From positions 59,598-123,597 of IMG/VR virus record IMGVR_UViG_3300031813_000006: DNA of 64,000 nucleotides; one strand, given 5' to 3'. A program made the translations under genes and the position numbers. Numbering within the stretch: the first letter of the stretch is position 1; each line of letters opens with the position of its first letter. The DNA comes from a virus (Duplodnaviria > Caudoviricetes). The notes under the pieces were generated by a model, which made no database searches, had not been told where the DNA came from, and saw only the letters and a program-made list of their open reading frames with translations. Positions 31,994 through 40,943 of the stretch are shown here, in pieces.

Positions 31994-31997
31994 TGTA

Positions 31998-32162
31998 TTA
32001 TTGTTTTGGAGGTACTACTGTACTAATCTTAGTTAAATTTTGTTGATGTATTTTTGCATTGTAAGCATTAACACAATTTGCACAGACAGATCTTCCATCA
32101 GTGGCTATTTTCTTTTGACATCCGCAGGTTAATTGAGCCCCGCAATTAGAACATTGTAGCAT
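31998..32162 (-). CDS. 54-aa Cys-rich Zn-binding peptide (not in ORF track)
   Basis: Translated by hand: MLQCSNCGAQLTCGCQKKIATDGRSVCANCVNAYNAKIHQQNLTKISTVVPPKQ; fills the gap between two genes. Confidence 0.7.
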   Translation of the reverse strand: MLQCSNCGAQLTCGCQKKIATDGRSVCANCVNAYNAKIHQQNLTKISTVVPPKQ

Positions 32163-32177
32163 GTTAGTTGGTTTAGG

Positions 32178-32732
32178 TTAACAAGAAAGGTTATAAAATT
32201 TCGCTAATTTATTTAATCTCTGCCTTGCATAATTATAAATTGCCATACCTGCTTGAGGATTTTGAGCAATCTCTACCTTAGCTTTTGCAGCATCAATTAA
32301 AGTTTTGATAAACTGTGCTTCTCTGATCTTCTGTTCTATTTCAATATCAGGGGCACAATTAGAAATATCCAACTTACACAATACATTCATATAAGTTGTC
32401 ATAATGGTTGCTATTCTTAAATGATTGTATTCTACAAAGACAACCTCATTTGGGGATACACTCCAACGGATTATATAGATACCATCAACTAAAAAGTTAT
32501 TATAATTGTCACAATTACTTTGTTGAATACCAAGATCACAAGCTGTAATATTAGCTGTAAATAATGGGGCCCTATTAGTAATTACAATAGGTAAATTAAA
32601 CCCTGGAGGAGTTATTTCCAAAGTAGGGCAAGTGATGGGTAAAGAAGGAGCATAAATAGATGTATCCACTATATGAATAATGCATGTATTTAAGAAGTCT
32701 GCAATATCTAAACTCAAACTTTGCTTTGCCAT
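32178..32732 (-). CDS. Conserved crAss-like structural (tail hub-type) protein
   Basis: PTLEITPPGF...LVDGIYIIRWSV motifs; context in virion module. Confidence 0.55.
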   Translation of the reverse strand: MAKQSLSLDIADFLNTCIIHIVDTSIYAPSLPITCPTLEITPPGFNLPIVITNRAPLFTANITACDLGIQQSNCDNYNNFLVDGIYIIRWSVSPNEVVFVEYNHLRIATIMTTYMNVLCKLDISNCAPDIEIEQKIREAQFIKTLIDAAKAKVEIAQNPQAGMAIYNYARQRLNKLAKFYNLSC

Positions 32733-32746
32733 ATATCAAAGGTATA

Positions 32747-32796
32747 AAAAAGAATGAGGGAAGGAAGTATTTTACCTCTCCTCCCTCATCTTTTTA
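32747..32796. terminator. Probable bidirectional terminator
   Basis: A run, imperfect ATGAGGGA...CCCTCAT stem, T run, downstream of the 641-aa gene. Confidence 0.55.
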
Positions 32797-32808
32797 ATTA
32801 GAAATTAA

Positions 32809-34734
32809 TTAACTAACAACTACAGTGTAAACTTTAATTTGTGAACATCCTGTTGTTTGATCAGTTACAGCTAAAGTGAAGCTATAAGTTCCTGCAACTG
32901 GTGCAGTACCTGTCAACAATCCGGTTGTAGCATTAATTACACAAGTACCAAAAGTACCGTTGGTGATTTCGTAAACATATGATCCACCACCAACCATGGT
33001 AGCAGCCAAAGATTTACTTACAGCACCGCTAGCAGTTTCTGTAGCGTATGTAGCAAAAGTCCAAGCACCGCAAGCAGCAGGACAAGCAGCTGTTACAGGA
33101 GCATAGATAGTAAGAGTTACACCAGTTCCTGCAGCACCTAACCAAGTTTTCATAGCGGTTTCAAAAGCAGATGAAATACCATTTGTAATAACGTCTAACA
33201 AGTAACGGTCATTATCAAACATTCCAGAAGGGTTATTAAGTCTTGGAACATTATGAAGAATTTGGTAACGTGTATATAAGTTAGCACGTTGAATTGCATT
33301 AGTAACATCATATCCTTGAGTTACTTCGCGGATACGTAAATCTTTACTAGTGTTAAAGTAGTTTTGCATATATGATTCAGAAAGAATCAAATCACGTAAT
33401 ACTTCTTCACCAAGACCCATTGCTTGACGTGGCAAACATTGTGTTTCAACACAAATGCTAGAGAACGTACAAGGATTTCCTATTTCATCAACCATTGAAG
33501 CATAAATGTTCACAGGTTGTTTTTCAAAGAAATCTGAAGGGTAGAAAGTGCAATCTCCAAAACGGGTATCAACAAACGCACCTGTCAAAGACATACCAGC
33601 TGTTTTACCAGTGATATAACCAGGAGATACATAATTATCCCAAGTTGGAATAGCTGTTCCAGTTACTGTAAATGTTGCAAGAACACCTGCTTCACCTTGT
33701 TCAAGTTGAGGGAAACGCAATACATCACCTACTGAATAACCTAAACCAGGAGTTTCTACAACTACAGTTGTAATAACACCACCTGATACAGTTACTGTAG
33801 CAGTTGCACCTGCACCATTATTAGGAGTTCCGTCAAGACCTTGGAAAATTACATTGTAATAAGTTCCATCAGTATAAAGAGTACCACCGTTAGTGATAGC
33901 CAAAGAACTGATACCAGGTTTAGCAACGTTATCAAAATATTCTCCAGTTGTTCCAGGAGCATACCATGCACCACCTAATTGGTCATAAACCACAGGCATA
34001 ATGAAAGGACCTACAATACGGCTATTCATGATTTGGGTAGCCCAACCAATCATAGCAAGAGTTGAATCAACTGGGGTTGGTGCAATGCAACCTGCAGCGC
34101 AACATCCAGTATAATAATCTACTGTCCAATAACCATTACGGCTTAATGCACGTAGTTCAGGAGAACCTTTAACATCAATACGCAAATAATATGTTTCATC
34201 ACATAAGAATTGGAAAGCACAACTTGTGTTAGTTCCCAACGCTGGAGTCAAAGAAGTTCCAGTTTTAGTGAAAGGAGTTGTTCCAATGTGAATTACGTTT
34301 TGATTAGCAGTAACAGGATCAATCCTATTAAAGTTAGATACATAACGTGGGTTAATCAATTTAGACTTGGTAGTCTCTTGATAACCTCCTGCAAAAGGAC
34401 CAATCTTGTCATTTTGATAAAGAGCAGTACTAACTAAATACAAAGGAATACCGTTTATAACTTCAGTAGAAGAATTTCCTACAGCAAGTAATGCACCGTT
34501 TCCATTATTAGTTTGTTGTGAAAATAATCCAAATGAACCAACACCTAAAGCAAAAGGTGCAGCAGTTTGAACTAAGTTTACAGATTGAACACCAGTTTGT
34601 CCATTAACAGTTGGTACACCAGCCGTAATGTCCACATAACCGTGGTCAACTTTTACAGATACACCAGCACTGTAAGACTGAGAAAATTTGGTTCCCACCA
34701 AGATTTTTCTAAACGCGTGATTAAAATAAGCCAT
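32809..34734 (-). CDS. Auxiliary capsid/structural protein with C-terminal Ig-like domain
   Basis: 641 aa; strongly biased codons like MCP; C-terminal TGLLTGTAPVAGTYSFTLAVTD Ig-like motif; position in conserved post-MCP block. Confidence 0.6.
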   Translation of the reverse strand: MAYFNHAFRKILVGTKFSQSYSAGVSVKVDHGYVDITAGVPTVNGQTGVQSVNLVQTAAPFALGVGSFGLFSQQTNNGNGALLAVGNSSTEVINGIPLYLVSTALYQNDKIGPFAGGYQETTKSKLINPRYVSNFNRIDPVTANQNVIHIGTTPFTKTGTSLTPALGTNTSCAFQFLCDETYYLRIDVKGSPELRALSRNGYWTVDYYTGCCAAGCIAPTPVDSTLAMIGWATQIMNSRIVGPFIMPVVYDQLGGAWYAPGTTGEYFDNVAKPGISSLAITNGGTLYTDGTYYNVIFQGLDGTPNNGAGATATVTVSGGVITTVVVETPGLGYSVGDVLRFPQLEQGEAGVLATFTVTGTAIPTWDNYVSPGYITGKTAGMSLTGAFVDTRFGDCTFYPSDFFEKQPVNIYASMVDEIGNPCTFSSICVETQCLPRQAMGLGEEVLRDLILSESYMQNYFNTSKDLRIREVTQGYDVTNAIQRANLYTRYQILHNVPRLNNPSGMFDNDRYLLDVITNGISSAFETAMKTWLGAAGTGVTLTIYAPVTAACPAACGAWTFATYATETASGAVSKSLAATMVGGGSYVYEITNGTFGTCVINATTGLLTGTAPVAGTYSFTLAVTDQTTGCSQIKVYTVVVS

Positions 34735-34816
34735 GTTTTTTTGGTTTTAAATTTATATACAAAGGTTAATTATACATTCAATATACAAAACTTTTAATGC
34801 AAAAACAAGAATAATG

Positions 34817-35521
34817 TTAATTATTTTGTTCTGCAGCACTTTCTTCTCTTCCTTTTTGATTTAGAGATTCTATATCACCTGCTAAAATTGCAACGGCATC
34901 ATCAATGATAACCTCTACAATATCATCTTTTAATCCAGGATCTACATCTGCAGTAGACACTGTTCCAGTATAAGGGTTCATACAACCTGAAACCTGAATT
35001 TTAACGGGTTGTTTATAATAGATTAAATTTGCTGAATAAATATCAAATGCTTGGTTTGTATAGATTCTAATCTTGTTACCAATAAAAGTCATGAATGTTT
35101 CAGCCCATTCAAAACTTGGTTCTTTAAACTTATCAAGTAAGTCATTACTGACATTACCTTCTTCTGTTTCATAAACAGCCATCAGGCGTGGCTCTTTGCA
35201 ACATTCTTTAGTTGCAAAGAGCTCTAACCTTTTGAATGAAAAATAATCTACAGGCATTGATAATGTCTCAGAATAAATAGGTAAGACATTCAAGTTTAAA
35301 GGAGCAGTTGTCATTAGAGCTTGTAAATCATCTACTCTTCTTGAAGACTGCTCATCCCCTTGTTTTAATACATTAGTTCCAGCAAGTTGTCTCCGGCACC
35401 ATTCAACCTGTGCCTTATTGAAAACTTCTACAAATTGCCAACACTCAACATTATCATAATCCAAGCTATCCAGTTTATTCAACCGTTGCTTCATCTTGAT
35501 CATGAGAGTTTGAACATTCAT
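34817..35521 (-). CDS. Head-tail ring protein, crAss-like
   Basis: FNKAQVEW...RRVDDLQAL and YYKQP motifs; post-MCP conserved block. Confidence 0.6.
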   Translation of the reverse strand: MNVQTLMIKMKQRLNKLDSLDYDNVECWQFVEVFNKAQVEWCRRQLAGTNVLKQGDEQSSRRVDDLQALMTTAPLNLNVLPIYSETLSMPVDYFSFKRLELFATKECCKEPRLMAVYETEEGNVSNDLLDKFKEPSFEWAETFMTFIGNKIRIYTNQAFDIYSANLIYYKQPVKIQVSGCMNPYTGTVSTADVDPGLKDDIVEVIIDDAVAILAGDIESLNQKGREESAAEQNN

Positions 35522-35554
35522 TTGCTAGAGTGTTAGGTATTAATTAACAATTAC

Positions 35555-35677
35555 TCATTTTTTTTTTGAACCACCTTTTTTAAAGGCTGCAGGAGCAACC
35601 GCTACTTTAGGGTTCAAACCTACTTTGGTACCTTGTTTTACTTTTGGAGCTTTGCTCACAGCTTTCTTAACAGCCAT
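35555..35677 (-). CDS. 40-aa Lys/Ala-rich basic peptide (not in ORF track)
   Basis: MAVKKAVSKAPKVKQGTKVGLNPKVAVAPAAFKKGGSKKK; preceded by A-rich leader AAAACTAAAAACA. Confidence 0.65.
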   Translation of the reverse strand: MAVKKAVSKAPKVKQGTKVGLNPKVAVAPAAFKKGGSKKK

Positions 35678-35729
35678 TGTTTTTAGTTTTAAATTAGACT
35701 TATTGGTTTATTAATTGTAAAGATAATAA

Positions 35730-35999
35730 TTATTCTGTAATTACAACAGTTGCTCTTGCAATTGCTTGAGCCTGAGTCCAATCTCCTATATCAGAATAAG
35801 AAGGAGTTGTTGTAGAATCCCATAAAACAATTGTTTTAGTAGTTGAATTCAAAGGGCTATTATCATCTCCTAAAGATACATCAGCTAATACAGCTGTTTG
35901 AGTATCTCTCCACTGAAGGATGTTAAAAGAACTAGTTGTTGCAACTACTGCAGGTCTGATAGTTACTGTTGTGGGGTTTGTAAATGGTACAGTTATCAT
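35730..35999 (-). CDS. Hypothetical protein
   Basis: 89 aa ORF co-oriented in operon. Confidence 0.55.
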   Translation of the reverse strand: MITVPFTNPTTVTIRPAVVATTSSFNILQWRDTQTAVLADVSLGDDNSPLNSTTKTIVLWDSTTTPSYSDIGDWTQAQAIARATVVITE

Positions 36000-36001
36000 A
36001 G

Positions 36002-36190
36002 TTATACAGGTATATCATTTTTACCCCAAGGCTTATTAGCTTTTGTTCTGGCATCCCTGTCAGATACACGTCCTTGGTTTTTAATTTGTTGAGCGTAAGT
36101 AGTTGAGGCATAAGCTGCTGGATCCTCCATCATCTTATTATAACCATCTACTAAATCATTAAGGTTTGCACCGGTTTTTTCTTTTGCCAT
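36002..36190 (-). CDS. Hypothetical protein
   Basis: 62 aa ORF with A-rich leader, tightly packed. Confidence 0.55.
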   Translation of the reverse strand: MAKEKTGANLNDLVDGYNKMMEDPAAYASTTYAQQIKNQGRVSDRDARTKANKPWGKNDIPV

Positions 36191-36201
36191 GGTTTTAGTT
36201 T

Positions 36202-37218
36202 TTATTCATTCCAGTGTTTTTCCACTGAATTGAGCATTTTGTGTAAAATTTGATCATTCAACGGATTCTTTAGGAACTCTAATACATCACTAGGATTTCT
36301 ACCCATTAATGCAGATGACTCTACATGATAAATAAACCCATCACTCTTGGTAGCAATAAACTTATAAAAAGTAGCATCTTTGATCAAAGCTCTTAACTTA
36401 AGAGTTTCTATATCCAACACTGCAGTATCAATGAATTGTTGGGCTGCACGTTTCTTATTAGTTTCAGAACCTTCACCATTAATATACTTATCTACTTTAT
36501 CATAGAGTATATCAGTAGGAGTAGATTTTCTATACTGTGGACTATTTGTATCCAATACCTTAGCAACGTACATAAACTTAACAAGATTCTTAGAGAAAAG
36601 CTTCTCCATCTCAGATATCGCTTTATTTTTAAGTTTCTTGTATTCATTGGTGGATACCACAGTATCTTGATATTTATCAAGGTAAAATTTAGGAGGTACC
36701 GCCATAGCCCTGGCTTCTTCATATGATTTACATACTATAGAGAATCCACCTGCTTCAATTGCCATTAATTTAATAAGATCATGTGGATCTTTCTGAGGCA
36801 TCAAGTATAAAGGATCATTACCTACACGGATAGATACTTTACTCCAAAACTGATCATTGTCAGGTTTCAAAAGTTTAACTTTATTCCAAAAATCTGGATC
36901 TTTAGGGTCAATTACATTAGCTGCTAAATCTCTTTCTAATTGAGCAACTACCTCTCTGATATGAGCAACTTTAGCTTCTCTTTGTTCTTCAGGTAATAAC
37001 TTAACTTCTGGAGCAAACTCATTTAACCCACTTACATATCTTTTAATACCATTAAGTTCAATGCAAGCTAATTGTTCTTCATGAAATACTCCGTCATATA
37101 AAGCCATGTTATACTTTTCCAATCCCATATTAGACATTGAAGTGTCAACATAAGTCTTTACTGAAATAGATCCCGTTTTAAGTTGCGGATAACTTTCTAC
37201 AATTGATAAATTGCTCAT
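36202..37218 (-). CDS. Conserved crAss-like head-module protein
   Basis: 338 aa; position downstream of MCP; C-terminal MGRNPSDVLEFLKNPLN motif. Confidence 0.6.
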   Translation of the reverse strand: MSNLSIVESYPQLKTGSISVKTYVDTSMSNMGLEKYNMALYDGVFHEEQLACIELNGIKRYVSGLNEFAPEVKLLPEEQREAKVAHIREVVAQLERDLAANVIDPKDPDFWNKVKLLKPDNDQFWSKVSIRVGNDPLYLMPQKDPHDLIKLMAIEAGGFSIVCKSYEEARAMAVPPKFYLDKYQDTVVSTNEYKKLKNKAISEMEKLFSKNLVKFMYVAKVLDTNSPQYRKSTPTDILYDKVDKYINGEGSETNKKRAAQQFIDTAVLDIETLKLRALIKDATFYKFIATKSDGFIYHVESSALMGRNPSDVLEFLKNPLNDQILHKMLNSVEKHWNE

Positions 37219-37333
37219 GATAATTTAGTTTAGGTTTGTTGGTTGGTTTTGGTTAATCTATACGCTTTTGAGCTGGGTTAGAGTTATGAGCTCTGCCTTA
37301 CGGGGCCTAACATTAGTACCCAGCTTATTCTAA

Positions 37334-37789
37334 TTAATTAAATGCATACCATGTTGTTCCTACATATTGGAATTTCAATGTTGCACCAGAAGCAATAGCA
37401 ACAGCAGTGTTTACACCTGCGTTAGTATTTGATGAAGCGGTAACAATAGATTCTCCAAGAGCAGGAAATACATTCAAAGTATAAGCACCGGCATTAACTA
37501 CAATAACTGGTGCAATTGGACCACAAGGGGTACATGCAGCAGCTGCAGTCAATGAAGGTAATACAGCACTGTCACCAGTTGTAGCTACAGTAGTAACTTG
37601 GTTAAAGTTTTGTATCAATTGTGTAGCACCGGTTTGTCCACCACCTGCTTTTGCAGTAAGGCCAGTCTGAGAACCAGACCAAGCATTAAATACTGCAACT
37701 AATGCATTAAGATGTCCAAACTTTGCCAATTCTTGATCAGGACTATGTTTAATATAGGGATCAGGTTGTGCTGGATAGAACTTGTTCAT
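37334..37789 (-). CDS. Capsid decoration/auxiliary protein
   Basis: Ala/Gly/Thr-rich; AGGGQTGATQL...VTTVATTGDSAVLP...NAGAYTLNVFP; immediately after MCP. Confidence 0.55.
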   Translation of the reverse strand: MNKFYPAQPDPYIKHSPDQELAKFGHLNALVAVFNAWSGSQTGLTAKAGGGQTGATQLIQNFNQVTTVATTGDSAVLPSLTAAAACTPCGPIAPVIVVNAGAYTLNVFPALGESIVTASSNTNAGVNTAVAIASGATLKFQYVGTTWYAFN

Positions 37790-37813
37790 GTCTGTTTTTT
37801 TTATAAAGTTAAT

Positions 37814-37843
37814 AAAATCAGGGGAGAATAGCCTCCCCTGATT
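37814..37843 (-). terminator. Terminator after major capsid gene
   Basis: AATCAGGGGAG...CTCCCCTGATT inverted repeat followed by T run on the minus strand. Confidence 0.7.
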
Positions 37844-37851
37844 AAAATTAA

Positions 37852-39468
37852 TTAGAATGATCCACCAGTGATTGGGTTTCTCATAACAATTTTAAGAACC
37901 TTGGTAGGATCTTTAACCCACAAAGCAGGCATTGTTTGAGTCATCATCACACGGTATCCATTGAAGTTACCATTTGATTGGAAACCTTGGGTACGTCCCA
38001 TGTAATCCATAGTTCCATTTTGGTAGAACCATTTCAATTGATTATCCCAAGAAAGTTTCAACAAGAAGATGTTGTCATTTCCAGTATCAGTAACGTCAAA
38101 AATAACAAAGCTGTAAGAGCTCAATGGACGTCCATCAATGATTGGGTTTTCAATATCATTGGTATGCAAGTTATCAAATGCAGGATTCAATACAAACTTA
38201 ACGTTTGCCAAGAAAGGAATAATGTAACTTGTGTAAGCAAATCCAAAATTCAAATCCATTCCTTTACCAGTGATAGCACCAATTTCAGAAGCATTAACCA
38301 CAAGACCAGATGATACAGCCTCACGTTTAATAGCATCATTAACTAGTTTCATACCTCCAATACCAGTTTGAACAACCAAAGAACGTTTAGGATCTGGACC
38401 TTGGAATTCAACTTTACCAGCATAGAAATTGTAAAGTTCTGATTTAAACAAATCTAAAGAAAAACCTGACTTGTTATAAACACGTTTGAAAGAAGAATCC
38501 AATTGTCTCCAAAGACCCACTGACAAGCGGATATCATCTGGACCATCTTGTTTAATTCTTCCACCATGTCCCCACATCAAGTAGGTTTCAATGTCAGTTG
38601 CTACTTTTGATAAATGAGCTGCTTCTAAAGTAGTCAAGAATGTGCGGTTCAATTGACCATTAGACATTGCTTTTTTAACATATTCCTTACCCATTACAGT
38701 AACCATGTTTTCCATAGAAGTAATAGAAGGGTCAATGTTCTTATCAAAGTTTCTCCAGATTTCAGTTACAGGAACTGTACCATCTGCATTAACTCCACCC
38801 TTGATCATAAGATCTGCACGGCTAGAAATTGAGTAATGTACATGAGCTTCAGAACCACCTACGTAGTTATAGAACTCACGGAAACCTGTAGAAGTACGGA
38901 TGTCAGAGAACCTTTCACCATACTCACCACGTGCAGAACCTTTACGGAACACACGGGTACCTGATGCTAAGTACTTGTTATCCAAGAACTTGTAATTGTC
39001 ATTGTTAACCAATGCAACAGTGTAGATGAAACCATCACCAATAGGCATGATATCATCAGCAGTAATGTGCATTTCAACACCGTTGTATTTGTCATAAGTG
39101 ATGATATCACCATGTCCAAATTCACGTTTGTTTAACTTCAATTTGAAGGTAGTTCCATCAACACCTTTGTTAACATTAAGTGGTTCAATATCTTCAATGA
39201 TGTAAGGAAGATCTTGTACAACTGGTGTTTGCCATTTGTATTCACCACGTGCGTTATCAACCATGATAACGTTTTTACCACCAAAAGATGATAATTGATA
39301 CAAAGGCATTTCTACCTTTTGTGCCATTGCCCAAATGTCTACTGGACCCAAATCCATTGGTTCCGCAGATTTCATCATATTCACTAAGTGGTAAGAGTCT
39401 ACATGGGAAGTAGCCTGATACGCGGTATCTCTTAGGAATATACCATTATTTAATACTGGAGTTGCCAT
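37852..39468 (-). CDS. Major capsid protein (HK97 fold, crAss-like)
   Basis: 538 aa after portal and scaffold-like genes; strongest codon bias in window; EYKWQ, LMWG, GLWRQL, TGIGG, C-terminal WVKDPTK motifs. Confidence 0.85.
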   Translation of the reverse strand: MATPVLNNGIFLRDTAYQATSHVDSYHLVNMMKSAEPMDLGPVDIWAMAQKVEMPLYQLSSFGGKNVIMVDNARGEYKWQTPVVQDLPYIIEDIEPLNVNKGVDGTTFKLKLNKREFGHGDIITYDKYNGVEMHITADDIMPIGDGFIYTVALVNNDNYKFLDNKYLASGTRVFRKGSARGEYGERFSDIRTSTGFREFYNYVGGSEAHVHYSISSRADLMIKGGVNADGTVPVTEIWRNFDKNIDPSITSMENMVTVMGKEYVKKAMSNGQLNRTFLTTLEAAHLSKVATDIETYLMWGHGGRIKQDGPDDIRLSVGLWRQLDSSFKRVYNKSGFSLDLFKSELYNFYAGKVEFQGPDPKRSLVVQTGIGGMKLVNDAIKREAVSSGLVVNASEIGAITGKGMDLNFGFAYTSYIIPFLANVKFVLNPAFDNLHTNDIENPIIDGRPLSSYSFVIFDVTDTGNDNIFLLKLSWDNQLKWFYQNGTMDYMGRTQGFQSNGNFNGYRVMMTQTMPALWVKDPTKVLKIVMRNPITGGSF

Positions 39469-39511
39469 TTCTGTTTTTTGTTTTTAGTTTATTATTATTG
39501 TTTGTTGTTCA

Positions 39512-40837
39512 TTATCTTGAAAAGAAATTGCTTGTTCTTTGAATAGTCCTTTGCTTAGTTGAAGTTGTTTCCTCAATAGGTTGTTGACCAGTTCCTTTTC
39601 TTGAAGCTTCTTCTGTTTTTAAAGTTCTTATAGTAGCAGCTACTTGTTCTTGCTTTCCACCTTCACGCAATTTGGCTTTGTACTCATCAGGGTTAGCTAA
39701 TAACCAAAGAGCTTCTGCAATTAAACCATGATTAGGTTCTACAAATTGATACTTCTCAAGTAAATGACCTAACAAATTAGTAGGACGTCCACTCATAGAA
39801 GGATAATTAGGAGCTACCAAACCATTATAAAGCATACTTTGTGTTTTCTTATCTAACTTAATTCCACCAAGTTCTGCAGGTTTCAAGGTTTCATACACGT
39901 TACTCATGTAAGCTCTTGAGGCATTTTCTTGATTCTTTTTGTTACTTTCTTGTTCAGCTAATTTCTGAGCAACAACTTGCTCATTCATTGCATCCAATTT
40001 TGGCTTAAACTTATTAGCTTTTTCAGCTAATTTTTCCATGTCTTTCCAGCCATCTATCTCTTCCTGAATCTCTACATCATCACCAAATCTAGTTGCACGG
40101 AGATATTCCCTTACAATATGTTCTTGATCTTGTGGATTCTCAGGGTTTAAAGATCTTGTTTCTTCTACTTGAGCAAGTACTCTAAATAAAGTCTTCATAT
40201 CTTTTCCACCATCTGCATGGTATTTAGCAGCTACTTGTAATTCAGGAGGAAGAGATTGGAAGAATTCTACAGGAACTGATTCCCTTATTCTGGCTTCCCT
40301 GTCTTGGTGGTTAGCTTCATAAAGTTCTTCAAAGTCTTTTGTGCTGTATTCTTCAATAGGTTTACCGTCTTCAAAAGGAACCATGATCCCTTTTTCAATA
40401 AACTTTTTAGTAAGTTCAACCATGCTGTCTTTATCCATTTTAGGACGTCCAGCACCTTTATTTTTATCTGTAGGATCATTAGGGTCACTTTTAAATTCAT
40501 CAACAATAGCTTTAAATTGATCAATTTCCTCTGCTGTTGGTACAGGAGCACCTGGTACTATTTGATTAGCAGCGTTTGCAGTAGTAGGATTTGTTTGAGC
40601 TTCTTTAGCAGCTTTAGCGGCTGCGTCTTTTACTGCTTGTGCTTTAAGTGCTTTTTCTTCTTCAGTTTCTTTAGGTGAAGTAAATGACATATCTACTTTA
40701 CTTGGTTTACTAAAGATATTAGGTACAACTGGTTCAGTAGATGTAAGAATATTGTCAGCACCTGGAGTGCCCAATAGAGCATCTAAGTTGTCAATTTCTA
40801 CCCTTTGAATGTTTGTAGCTTCTGTTGTGTCTGCCAT
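39512..40837 (-). CDS. Scaffold-like head assembly protein
   Basis: Acidic, helical 441 aa between portal and MCP. Confidence 0.6.
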   Translation of the reverse strand: MADTTEATNIQRVEIDNLDALLGTPGADNILTSTEPVVPNIFSKPSKVDMSFTSPKETEEEKALKAQAVKDAAAKAAKEAQTNPTTANAANQIVPGAPVPTAEEIDQFKAIVDEFKSDPNDPTDKNKGAGRPKMDKDSMVELTKKFIEKGIMVPFEDGKPIEEYSTKDFEELYEANHQDREARIRESVPVEFFQSLPPELQVAAKYHADGGKDMKTLFRVLAQVEETRSLNPENPQDQEHIVREYLRATRFGDDVEIQEEIDGWKDMEKLAEKANKFKPKLDAMNEQVVAQKLAEQESNKKNQENASRAYMSNVYETLKPAELGGIKLDKKTQSMLYNGLVAPNYPSMSGRPTNLLGHLLEKYQFVEPNHGLIAEALWLLANPDEYKAKLREGGKQEQVAATIRTLKTEEASRKGTGQQPIEETTSTKQRTIQRTSNFFSR

Positions 40838-40943
40838 GTTTTCTATGTTTTAGCTTGTTGGTAAGTACAAAATTAAGATTTAAACCTTAAATGTTTAAGT
40901 TTCAAAAAAAATTTTGCGCCCAATATAGCTATACTAGATTTCA

